A stretch of 64,000 bases of DNA from Heteronotia binoei (lineage: Eukaryota): contig NC_083229.1 in assembly GCF_032191835.1 (NCBI RefSeq), forward strand, positions 87,296,001 through 87,360,000, given 5' to 3'. Positions 1 through 11,337 of the stretch are shown here, one piece after another (the first letter of the stretch is position 1; each line of letters begins with the position of its first letter). Below the pieces are notes generated by a model. That model was not told the origin of the DNA, did no database searches, and saw only the letters and a list, made by a program, of their open reading frames with translations. Made by a program: the position numbers and the translations under genes.

Positions 1-453
1 CCCACCCCCTCCGTAGCCGGCGCTCACGAAGCGCTGGGTTTGCGGAGGGGGTGGGTGCTTCCTCCTTGCCTGTCTGCCTGGCTCCAGCTCTGATGCTTAA
101 AGCAAGCGCCGGGATCAGAGAGCGGAGGGAGAGATCCTGGCGCTTGGTGTAAGCGTCAGAGCTGGAGCCAGGCAGACAGGCACGGAGGAAGCACGCTGCC
201 CCCTCCGCAGCCGGCGCTCGCAAAGCGCTGGGTTTGCGGTGGGGGCAGCGTGGAGCGATCCCAGCGCTTGCTGGAAGCAGAGCTGGAGCCAGGCAGGCGC
301 GGGGGAAGCGCCGGGATCGGAGGCGGAGGCAGCGGATTGCCCCCCCCCCGGAGGAAGGTACTTCCTATCGTCCCTTCACTCCATAAGACGCACACACTTC
401 CCCCCCACTTTTTTTTTGGGGGGGGAGTGCGTCTTATGGTCCGAAAAATACAG
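1..453. mobile_element. Right end of a non-autonomous Tc1/mariner-superfamily (Tc2/pogo-like) DNA transposon, GC/CpG-rich with internal direct and inverted repeats; left end outside the window
   Basis: Ends ...GTGCGTCTTATGGTCCGAAAAATACAG|TA. The reverse complement (TA)CTGTATTTTTCGGACCATAAGACGCAC resembles the CCGTATTTTTCG-type TIR with a TA target. Internal direct repeat ~6-50 vs ~200-247. Family assignment is from memory. Confidence 0.55.
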
Positions 454-2879
454 TATATCCCACCCTCCCCACCGAAGCAGGCTCAGGGCAGCTCACAACG
501 TATCAACAGCTACTTAGCTTTTTTGCTGATTCTTTTTCCTACAGCATTGTAAATGGATTTTTAAAAACGTACGGTAATTGGATAGTCTGTCCAGAGAAGT
601 TAACTTTCCTTACTTGTTTCTCCTTTCAATAAAACTTTGAGAAAGACTTCTGATTAAACTAGTTGGATTACATTTGAACAGCTAACAAACTGTATGAAAA
701 TAAATTCTGTATGGGCTAATTGGTATTGATGAAGCTGTATTAGTAACAAAATGCAAACTCGAAATAGGTCAGTATGTGTGTGGTATATGAAGTCTTTGCA
801 TTCCTTCTGTCTGACGTGAGAAGTCCAAAACAACTTTTTTTTTGTTTTTTTCTAACATAAGATCTCCCTTGGGCCAAAATTAGTGAGACTACTAAAGGCA
901 GTGGCTCAAGTTTAGAGTTATAGGGTGAAAAGAGGAACATTTTCTTTTGTCTTCTAGAAATACATGGCTATGTTTTCAAAAGAGCTAATCTTCCATGTGG
1001 GTTAGGTGTTCAGTTGACTCTTGCCTATGAAACTTCACTGGAGGGCCTTTTTTTGGACTTTCATTAACAGTAATTACAATGTGATTCACCTGGGAATTAG
1101 GAGGTGCTTTAATAATTTTTATGCAATGATGCTGATTTTTGAAATGAAGCTTGTTCTACCAGTATGTAGTTTACACATGGTGTACTTTTTGACCTGACAA
1201 GACAGAGTGTACTTTGCATAACTGCAAGTCAACCTGAAGGTTGGAGCTTCCAACAAGGACTTTTATAGTTTGCTTTAAGAAAATTCTCAGTCCATGATGG
1301 AAATAGACAGTTCACAGAGGCAGAGTTGTAAAAGTGTCTGAAAATTTTGAAGCCACAGGGAAAGTATGGATTGGGGGGGAGGTGGTAGTGTTGGTGGGCA
1401 GACAGACATTTTAGGAAAACTGAAAATATTCAATGTTTACTTTCTTGTCCATCTTAAATTGATTTTACTGTTTTAGCAACATATAAAATGCATCACTTAT
1501 AATGTACCATATTTATTTGCTATGTTATATCTATTTGGTATGAGACTTTAATATATATATATATGTCTTACACTGCCATTCTGAATAGTTTAATACCATT
1601 TGAAGACCCATGAAGAACTGAGATGCAAGAGAAGAGAGAAAATCTGGGGAGTTAAATAATTCCAACTCAATATTTAGATGAGCTACTAAAAATATTTCTT
1701 CTCTCTAAAAATTTAGCAGGCCTGTTTTAATATCTTTAGCTCAATAATGCTTATGTTACACCAGTGGGCATGTGTTTTGACATTCAAGTCACTTCTTCCC
1801 CAAAGCCAAGAGCCAGTTTTGGATTTCCTATCTGTCATCTGAGTGAGAGGTGTTTCAGAAGACTCAAGGAGGCATTACTTTTGGGTCTGCAGAGAGCACC
1901 CATTCAGAAATAGTTATAGTAAGCTGCTTGCCTTGGAACCTACAAACATTTTGAGATTGTCCACTTTCCACGGCAGTCATTTTTTGGGGGTGCCCACCAT
2001 GCATTCTCACATTCCAGAAAAGCTCATATGCTCAACAATATTTGGGATCCCTGCTCTGGATTGTCAGGTTTGTAATAATGGAAAACAAAGTATTAAAATT
2101 TAATAACTCAAGCTTAGAAGAAGAAAAAAAATCACAGTATTCATAGAATTGGCATTAGAACTTTGAAGATAAATAGTTCTGTCTTGATACTGTTCTGCCC
2201 ACTCACAGCAGCAAAACTCATCCACATTTCACTTGCCTGTGTAGTATATTTTTAATTCAATAGTCTTTGGGATAGGTGACATCTGAGAAACCTCTGCTAC
2301 CTCCTCTGTCTCCTGTCCTTGTCTTTCTAGATGTGTGTGGGGGAGATTTGGATTTCATTTGGCAGCTGTCATAAACAATAGTATTAAACCTTAGTTTTAT
2401 TAAACTCTGTTTTGGTATAAGGTTGTGCAACTTGGCATGCGAGATGTTATTGGTAGAGACTCAGGTGCGGGAGGGGGCAACAGGTGTACCTGGCACAATG
2501 ATGAAATTATCTTGAAATGATACCGTAACAGAGCGGTGATCTGGCATATCACCCCAAATCTGTGGTTTATTTGTAGATATTTTGGTGAATACTAAAGTGT
2601 CACCTGGTATGATAAGGTAACTTCCAGGTCATACCAGAAGTGCCATCATCATGCAAGGGATGCTGATTGCACTCCCCATTTTACCAGTGAATCTCGTCCA
2701 GCTGCCCAACTTGAGCAGTGGTGGGCAATGGGAATGGGAGGGAGGAGGTCTTCTGCTATACCAGTAGGCCTGACAACTCTAGTGTGGTTTCTGAATGCTG
2801 AGAGTTGTCTTCTGGTACTAAACTGGAACTCCAAACCATGGTTTATATTTGGTCCTTTAGTTGTGATTTGTTGTGATTT

Positions 2880-4215
2880 TTGAATGCAGAAATTTGGGTA
2901 GCACTGTCCTGGACAGGTTCCTGGAGAAAGTAATGGAATGGATGAGGGCCAATAAGCTGAAGTTCAATCTGGACTAATACTTAGGTATTGCTGGTTGGTG
3001 ACAAAGCTGATCAAGGACTGAGGAGCCTCCTGTACTGGAGGAGGTCACACTCCTGAAGGAACCAGTTCATAACGTGGATTCTGCTTGCTCTTGTCCATAT
3101 CTCCTCTGTGGCACACAGTGTCTTTTATCAGCTTAAGCTGATATGCCAGCTCTAGCTATAGCTTGAAAAGCATGATCTAGCCACCGTATAGTTCCCAGCC
3201 TCCTGCTGGGAGCAGGGGTTCCCCTGGTTTTGGGGCCCACAACCTGCTGGCACAGAGCTGGCTAGTGGAGGGATCCCTGCCCCCCAAAAGCTCTGTCATA
3301 CCCAATGTCCCTAGTGTGATGATGTCACCCAGAAGTGACATCATCACACTGGGCACGTTGTGCAAGGGATGCTCTAGCAATTTGGGTTAAAAACTCTATG
3401 GCACCATAAAGTTTTCACCCGAATTGCTAGAGTCTGCCTGGCATGATGGTGTCACTTCTGGGTGACATCATCTTGCTGGGCGCACTTTGCATATGTGAGG
3501 AACTTCCCCTGCCAGGAGCCAGCTAAGACCTGGCAACTCTAGGCCACTGTGATCCATGCTCTGATTACATCCAGGTTAGATTACTGTAATACATTTTATG
3601 CGGGGTTGTCTTTGGAAATTGTTCAGAAGCTTCACCTTCTTCAAAATGAAGTAGCAGGGCTATTATCAGGGACAGAATACAAGGATTATATCACCCTAGT
3701 GTTGAAAGATCTGCAATGGCTGCCCACGTGTTCCAGGCGTAATTCAAAGTGCTGGCTCTTATCTTTAAAGTCCTAAGTGGCTTGGGGCCAGGATACTTGA
3801 CAGGCTGCCTCCTCCTATGTTGTCCAGTCTGTCAGCTAAGATCTGCCTCATAAGCCCTACTCTCTGTGTCCCTGTCTTCAGAGGTGAGATGGGTGGCAAA
3901 CAGACACTGGACTTTCTAGTAGCAGCACCTGACTTGCCAAATGCCCTTCTCTCTGAAGCTTACCTGTTGCCAATGCTGCTTTCTTCTGGCACCAGCCCAA
4001 AATGTTTGTGTTTACCTAGGTTTTTATAAAGGGTTTGTGTTTTTTAACAATATTTTTGTCAGGAAACTGTTATTTCAAGCTGTCAGTGGTCTGTTTTAAT
4101 GGTGGGCTGGGTTTTAATTAATGTTTTAATGCTCTGTTTTTATTCATAATATTTTGTAAGCTACCTCAGACATGTTCCTGGAGAGGTGGTAATTTTTTTT
4201 CTAAATAAACAAACA
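2880..4215 (+). mobile_element. 5'-truncated, decayed L2-clade LINE 3' fragment, interrupted by a MITE
   Basis: ORF 3549-3776 (IHALITSRLDYCNTFYAGL...VQKLHLLQN) matches the post-RT region of the L2 copy at 15.5-15.8 kb (IHATVISRLDYCNALYMGL). AT-rich tail near 4200. Boundaries approximate. Confidence 0.75.
3187..3541. mobile_element. hAT-type MITE (TAGGGTTGCCA-TIR family) nested in the L2 fragment
   Basis: Decayed TIRs TATAGTTCCCAG / TGGCAACTCTA. Flanking 8-mers AGCCACCG / GGCCACTG (6/8). Palindromic core similar to 21755-22020. Confidence 0.65.
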
Positions 4216-4383
4216 CAGACCTGTGGAAAACGGTTGCCAGTCCAGCTGCATTCAGCTATTCTTGACGCTCTTCTCAGGCAGCTCCACCTTCTCTGCATGC
4301 CTGCTCTCCTTGTTAGTGATGGCCCATCAAGCAGGAACATGTTTCAGAGACTGTTGTTTCTACCAACAGTAGATTTGAAAGAA

Positions 4384-4420
<37 letters not shown>

Positions 4421-4436
4421 TGAGTGAGTGAGTGAG
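4384..4436. repeat. Compound microsatellite (TG)n(AG)n(TGAG)n
   Basis: Read directly from the sequence. Confidence 0.95.
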
Positions 4437-5155
4437 CACTGTTTTGTTTCAGAGTATAGGCTGTGGTGGGCAGAATGTGGGAAGGGGAAGGTGGCTGGCA
4501 ACAGTCAAGAGAGAAAGGGCAGGTGGAGGGCCATAAAATTTTGTTTCACTTTAAAAGACTGGGAGCTCAGGAAAGCAGCTACAGAGAAAGAAGGGAGAAG
4601 GAGACTGAGGTATCCTTAAGCAAGAACAAATTTTCCCCTCATCATTGCTCCCCTCCACTTTTTGTAGCTAACTAATAGGAAATAGGCTATACACTTTTTG
4701 AGGCTTTGCTGGAAGCCTAGCTATGCAAGAACGCTTGGAATAACATCTGGAGATACTTCTTGGAGGTGGAAAATAGGGCAAGCAGTAGACAGATTGTGAT
4801 TTATGGACAAATTGTGGTATGTTATGTACATTTAGGGGACTAATAAAGGTTTGTCCAACAAACTTCTTTTAACAAATTTATCTTGTGACATCTGGATGCA
4901 ACATTACGCTTCTTGTCTCAGCAAAGAAGCTATTTAAAATAAAACATCAGTAAAACAACTTGAGAAGAGTATCTGAAGCTAGCATGAAATATTGGGGAAA
5001 TTGTGGAAGTACCAATATGGTTTGTAGTGCATACAGTGCAAGGTGTTGCATCATATTTCACTCTTTCAGCTTGACATCAGGTACAGATTTTCAGATACAT
5101 TTTCCCCTGTATTGTTAAATTGGGCTAGAACAGGGAGGAGTCATAGAGCTAGAAC

Positions 5156-5354
5156 TAGGGTTGCCAGATCTGTGTTGGAAAATACCTGCAAACTTTGGGG
5201 GATGGGGTTTGTGGAGGGGAGGAGCCTCAGCATGGTACCATAGAGTACACCTTTCAAAGTAGCCATTTTTTCCAGGGGAGCTGATCTGTGCCAGCTGGAG
5301 ATCAGTTGTAAAAATGGGAGATCTCCAGGGCCTACCTGGAGGCTGGCAACCCTA
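5156..5354. mobile_element. 199-bp hAT-type MITE
   Basis: TIRs TAGGGTTGCCAG / CTGGCAACCCTA. Perfect 8-bp TSD GCTAGAAC at 5148-5155 and 5355-5362. Confidence 0.9.
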
Positions 5355-5804
5355 GCTAGAACTGTGCAAAGAAGTAATTAGAATACCTATCCTACCACAT
5401 ACATAGAGTATGTATCAAAGAATAAATAGTATCTCAACCTTCAAGAAGTTGTGTGCTGTTGGTCTAACAGACTGTGCAAACTATAACTATTTAAATTGAA
5501 TTTAGTAAAATATGTAGAAAGCATTCCCTCACAGTTCAAGATGGGCTTATAGTTTGCTCCATTAAAATCTAATACTCAAATAAAATTGTTAAGAAAAATA
5601 AAGCTTCATGCCTACATCTCTTCAATCTGATTAAATGCATGGTTGCAGTTTAATTACAAATTTGTTATCTTTGTATGTGTTGTTGTGAATACTCCGATTG
5701 ATACAATGTAGTTTATTCTACATGCTCTTGTTTTTGAAATAAGGTAAGGATCTAATTGTGCTGAAGAATGTTTTGCATTAATTTCTTATGTTCTCTTGTT
5801 ACAG

Positions 5805-5857
5805 GCAACATGGACAGGTAACAGGATATTGCTTTGCTGTGGGGTCAGAGAGTAAGA
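5805..5857 (+). other. RALBP1: RALBP1 5'-UTR part of the first coding exon
   Basis: Pyrimidine tract plus acceptor ttctcttgttacAG ending at 5804, upstream of ATG 5858. The non-coding first exon and promoter are not seen in the window. Confidence 0.7.
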
Positions 5858-6101
5858 ATGACTGAGTGCTTTCTGCCTCCCACCAGCAGCCCCAGTGAGC
5901 ACCGCAGGGTGGAGCATAGTGGGAGTCTTGCCCGAACCCCAAGTTCTGAAGAAATCAGCCCAACAAAATTCCCAGGCTTATATCGAACTGGTGAACCTTC
6001 ACCACCTCATGACAGCCTGCACGAACCTCCAGATATTATATCTGATGATGAAAAAGATCATGGGAAGAAAAAAGGAAAATTTAAGAAGAAAGAGAAAAGA
6101 A
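5858..6101 (+). CDS. RALBP1: RalA-binding protein 1 (RLIP76), coding exon 1 (MTECFLPPTSSPSEHRR...KKEKR)
   Basis: Recognisable RALBP1 N-terminus. Donor A|GTAGGG at 6102, phase 1. Confidence 0.97.
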
Positions 6102-7310
6102 GTAGGGTCATTTTTTTATTTGTGCAACACTCCTGTGTTTATCTGATAATTTACTGCCTCCTTCATGACATTGTCCCAATGTGTTCATTTTTGAAAAAAC
6201 ACTCTCTTTACTGATTGATGGTAATTATGTAGCATGATAGCTTAACATCAATGTAAATGTTTTTAATATAGAAATATTTTATAACTATTTTAAAATTAAA
6301 AAGTACCACATTAAATATGCTTGGTTGAATATAATTAGATGGAAATAATACATTGATTCATAATGGTTATAAAATAATAACAGAGGCATTTCTTTTTAAG
6401 GCATGTGAATTTGTTTCAACACATTTATTGGTATCCTTGAGTCTCACTTGATTAGGCCAATTGAATTATAAAAGAATGACAGTAAAATACCTATTCCAAA
6501 CTCCAAAAATTATTTAATGTTTTACCATTCATCAGGTTTCCTATTTGTGAAAATATTATAACTTTCCTAACCCCTAAGATATTTAAATGGTTTCAAATAG
6601 GAACACTGACATGATAGGATCTTCACGTTACTTTTTGTTTTGTGCCTTCATAATCGGGAGGAAAGATGCAGTTCTATGATTTTGTGTGATTAGAACTGCC
6701 CATAGACATTCAAAAATAATAAAGATTCTAAGCTACAAAGCATGGGTCTAATATTTCACTATCACTTTATTTCCGACTTGAGTTTGTTGATAATTTACAG
6801 CTGTTGATTCAAAGCCTGACATTTTTACAGGAGACAAAGGTAATGGCTATGGAAAAGTCAGAGTAGAGCTTTCTTTTATATTTTTATTTAATACACTTTT
6901 ATCCCACTTTTCTCCACAATAAGGACCCAAAGCAGATTATCAAAATGTATGTTTTAAACCAATTTACAACCTCAGGGTTTTTTTTTAAAAAAGTAAACAA
7001 TACATCCTGGGCTGATGTATGCCAGGTCAATATAACTGGCCAAAAGGCTTTTGCCTTTTGGCCATCACCAGACTGTCAGTACCAGCACCAAGCAAGAGGA
7101 GAGGCAGAAAAACACTCAGCCTAGATGTTTCAAACTGGCAGCTGTCTTCCCTCAATTCCTCCTCCTTACTAAGGAACATAACAAGGAGAGTGAAATTTAT
7201 AGAGATATGATAGGAAAAGCCTTGGTGGCCAGGAACAGGTGTCATCAATCTATGTGAAGGGATAAGAATCTGTTAAGTCAAGAGGACGGTTTGGCTCTCT
7301 AATGGGGGTT

Positions 7311-7593
7311 GAAGAAGAAGATAGAAGATATTGGATTTATATCCCGCCCTCCACTCCGAAGAGTCTCAGAGCGGCTCACGATCTCCTTTACCTTCCTCCC
7401 CCACAACAGACACCCTGTGAGGTGGGTGGGGCTGAGAGGGCTCTCACAGCAGTGGCCCTTTCAAGGACAACCTCTGCCAGAGCTATGGCTGACCCAAGGC
7501 CATGCTAGCAGGTGCAAGTGGAGGAGTGGGGAATCAAACCCGGTTCTCCCAGATAAGAGTCCGCACACTTAACCACTACACCAAACTGGCTCT
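7311..7593 (-). mobile_element. tRNA-derived SINE (squamate family), full length, antisense in RALBP1 intron
   Basis: Minus strand begins AGAGCCAGTTTGGTGTAGTGGTTAAG (A box), has GGTTTGATTCCC (B box) and ends in a (CTT)n-like tail. Near-identical copy at 58101-58379. Confidence 0.9.
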
Positions 7594-8524
7594 GAAGAAA
7601 GAGAACTGGAAGTAGAGGCAGGGTTTCAATTCAGACCTGTGGGAAAGGACTGAAACAGTGGCAGGAATCAGAGCTCTAGCACAAGGAGAGGGAAGTCAAA
7701 AATCAGAATTTGAAGGTTGGCAGTTGAAAACTCAGAGCAGTGAAGGCATCTTGATTTTATTCTTCAGCTGAAAATACTTCTGCAACGGTGGGCCATGGTA
7801 GCACAGCTGTAGCTACACACTTATCTTTTAGTTCCAGGTAGCCTGGATCCACAGGAAATGTGGTATACTTACTCTCACTTTGGCAGCTTCTTAACTACCC
7901 TGGAACATTATAATGCTCCTGTGGTCAGTAATCCATGATGTTTAGAGCATTCAAAGCTAAACATTGCATGTGCTCCCACCCTCCACCTTATTTTAGCACA
8001 TGTGCTGTGATTCATGATGGGTGTGTGTTCAGAAAAAAAAATCTTGTAATTATTTTCCTGTTCTTGCCTACAGGGTAGGCAGGGCTAGTTGCAGAAGGGG
8101 TGTAGCCTTTTAGATTTCATGTGCATCTGTTTCAGAGGCAGTGCAGTACCTTGTAATTTGCAGTGATGGCAATATTTGTCTTATGACTGTGGAAATGAAA
8201 ACTTAATAAACCACACAATTAGTTGATGATGTGTCAGAATGCTTGGAACAACTTTGCCTATTGAATTGAAAGGTAAGTTTTCTTCTTCTTTTTTTTTTGC
8301 TCTGTATGTATGCTCTGGTACAGGAATGCATTTATATTCTAGAATATCTGGTTTATCCTGTTCTCAGTGAGTGGATAATTAAGAACACTCCTCATCTCAC
8401 TGAAATTGATAGCAAAAGAGCTATTGATTTTTAAAAGGATTGATACCCTTACATTGCCTTTACATTGTTTTGAGGTTGAATTTCAAGTGCATTTCTTGCC
8501 ATTTCACCCTCGTTCTCCCAACAG

Positions 8525-8968
8525 CGGAAGGGTATGCGGCCTTTCAGGAAGACAGCTCTGGAGACGAAGCTGAAAGTCCATCCAAGTTAAAGCGCTCCAA
8601 GGGGATCCATGTCTTCAAGAAACCAAGCTTCTCCAAAAAGAAGGAAAAGGATTTTAAGATAAAAGAAAAACCCAAAGATGAAAAGCACAAGGAGGATAAG
8701 CATAAAGAGAAAAAATCAAAAGATTTAACAGCAGCAGATGTTGTCAAACAGTGGAAAGAGAAGAAGAAAAAGAAAAAGCCAAGTCAGGAGGTGGAGTTAC
8801 CCCAAGTGGATGTTCCCAGGTATCGACCTGTGTTTGGCATCCCTCTGGCAGATGCAGCAGAAAGGACCATGTTATATGATGGCATTCGCCTGCCTGCAGT
8901 TTTCCGGGAATGTATAGATTACGTAGAAAAATATGGCATGAAATGTGAAGGCATCTACAGAGTTTCAG
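8525..8968 (+). CDS. RALBP1: RALBP1 coding exon 2 (TEGYAAFQEDSSGDE...start of RhoGAP domain, EGIYRVS)
   Basis: Acceptor acAG at 8524, donor G|GTACAG at 8969. Phases join the neighbouring exons (A|CG=Thr, G|GA=Gly). Confidence 0.97.
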
Positions 8969-10332
8969 GTACAGTGGCCGTCAGGATGATATATTTTGTA
9001 TGCTATTCCTGCTTGTTTAACCAGACATGGTTGATTTCTTTATATCTTGCATTCCCTACACAATAATAGGAGTATATTTATGTAACTAGACAAATGTTTG
9101 CAATCACACTAAATGAGATACTTCTGGTCATTTGTTATTAGTCCTGAATTTCAGAGAGAGAGGATACTGACTGGAAGTACAATTGAAAAAGTTCCATGAT
9201 TAGAACAGCAGAGATGGTTAAATGAGCAAATTCATTCTTTTGTAGTTGAGGGCGAAAGCACTTTATCAACTCCATTGATAGTTGACTGCCTGAGCATGGC
9301 ACTTGCAGTTTTCTCAGCCATCTGTTTGCTGAAGGCAGCTGCAAAAATTAACATAGTTTTATCCTTTGACAGGAAAAGTTACAGTACAGTACTATGCTGA
9401 GAGCTTAGAATGGAAGACCTCTGCACAGGAGTGCACTGTCAGCCCATGGTACTTCCCAACTGCAGTCTTATGATGCTTATTCTGTAGTAGTCTCTGATTT
9501 TAAGGGGACTATATTGATATAAATGGTTCAAGGATCATAGCCATATTCATGTAATTGGAGGTGTCATGGGTCTTTATTTTATCCCTGCATTTTGTCATAT
9601 ATTCTCATTTCCTTACTATGAAAAGATGCATTAACAAGTAAAATATTGATCTGACAATAGACAGGACATTTTGTTTTTTATTTCCTCCTATGCTGTTGTT
9701 TTTTAGTTCCAAAATAAATTTATACCCAAAGTGTTTGTTTATAGGCATCTTCAGAAAGAAGAGTGTAGAGCAGCAGTTGGAAGATTTCAGCTTGAATTTG
9801 AAGAAAACACCCTGGTAGCAATGCCAAGATCATTAGCATTCTCAGTAGTTGCGTAGCCTCGACCTACATAAAAGTAACAGTGATTTGAGTCATTTATTCA
9901 ATTATACAGCTGTATTTGGAATTGTGAATGCCACCTGTGAGAGATGAATCATGCGAGTGATTTAAATGCAATGCATGTTCTGTTTTGACAAGAAGTGAAA
10001 GGCATGTTTGGTGGCAGAATTTAGAGGAAAAACTGCACTGGAAGTAAATGTTTTGAAGATGTCTTATGTGTGAATATTTTAGGTTAGTTCTAACATATGA
10101 AGGCCTTCACTGTACTTTCTATGACACTGTAGATCTCACAGTAATACAGGAACCCATCTTTTTTCCTTGATGGTTTTTAACATTTTGAGTCTTAATTTTT
10201 TATCCAGTCCCTGCTCTTTCATTTGCAAGACAGTATAAAGTATGGCTTTGGTGGCAAAATTGGGTATTGCCTCTTATCCAGGCTTGTGAGAGAATTCATT
10301 CAGAAATAATTCAGTCAAATTCAGAACAAGGA

Positions 10333-10545
10333 GGGATGGTGGCTCAGTGGTAGAGCATCTGCTTGGTAAGCAGAAGGTCCCAGGTTCAATCCCCGACATC
10401 TCCAAAAAAAGGTCCAGGCAAATAGGTGTGAAAAACCTCAGCTTGAGACCCTGGAGAGCCACTGCCAGTCTGAGAAGACAATACTGACTTTGATGGACCA
10501 AGGGTCTGATTCAGTATAAGGCAGCTTCATATGTTCATATGTTCA
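10333..10545 (+). mobile_element. tRNA-derived SINE (Squam3-like)
   Basis: A box TGGCTCAGTGG 10340-10350, B box GGTTCAATCCC 10383-10393, non-tRNA body, and tandem (ATATGTTC) tail. Family name is from memory. Confidence 0.85.
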
Positions 10546-11337
10546 ACTAAGATGGGCAACCCACTTGTTTAAGTGGAAATACTGCATATTACAGACTAGA
10601 AACATGGAACCAAAGGTCTTCACAGAGGACCATTTGATCAGTAAACTGCAGGATAGTCAAAAATTCTTGAGGCTAGAAACAGCCATCCTGGCCCTGCCAT
10701 GGTTCTGTCTCCCTTGCTGCTACTCCCAGGAATTTGAAACGATCATTAGTTCCCCTACTAAGCTCAGTTGTAAACTCTTACACCTTTCATCACTTCTCAT
10801 TCATGTACATTGGTATACACTACAGTGTATATAGCATTATAGGTTAGGAAAGGCCAATATTTTGTTAATTTTTAGAACTTAATACAAAAATTAACTTTGC
10901 ACTTTACGGGTGTGTTTGACTGTCACACTTTATCTTTGTTTTGGAGTCACGGATCATATAAACAATTTACTGTTCATTTTGTTTTGCTATGTGTTGAATT
11001 TCCTAGATCCTTTCTCTAGTTAATTATATTGGAATGAACAGCCATGTGCCTAGCAGCAAGAGTGAGACAGTGGAAAGTGTATAACTCTAAGCATTATGCA
11101 TACAGTAGGTGTTACCTCTGGTTACAATACTGACTGCTGCTTTAATCTTTTAGTGACTGGAGGTGATTCATACAAGAGATTCATAAATGAGAATTTCTCA
11201 ATGCTGCAATTGCTTCTCTACAACTGGGACACAGATGGTGGTTTTACTTATCATGCCCTAAGTAGCTTTGGGCTGAAGTACCTTGGAAGATGTCTTCTCT
11301 TTTGTGCCCTACTATAATCTCTCAGATGAATTTAGAA

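Noticed and set aside
8440-9066. ORF-track N- and C-terminal extensions of exons (also 39237-39707, 29924-29971 and similar)
   Set aside because: The extensions run through clear splice sites into intron sequence and are not protein.
10333-10410. tRNA gene
   Set aside because: A and B boxes are present, but the 5'/3' acceptor stem does not close and the sequence runs into a SINE body and tandem tail. It is a SINE head.
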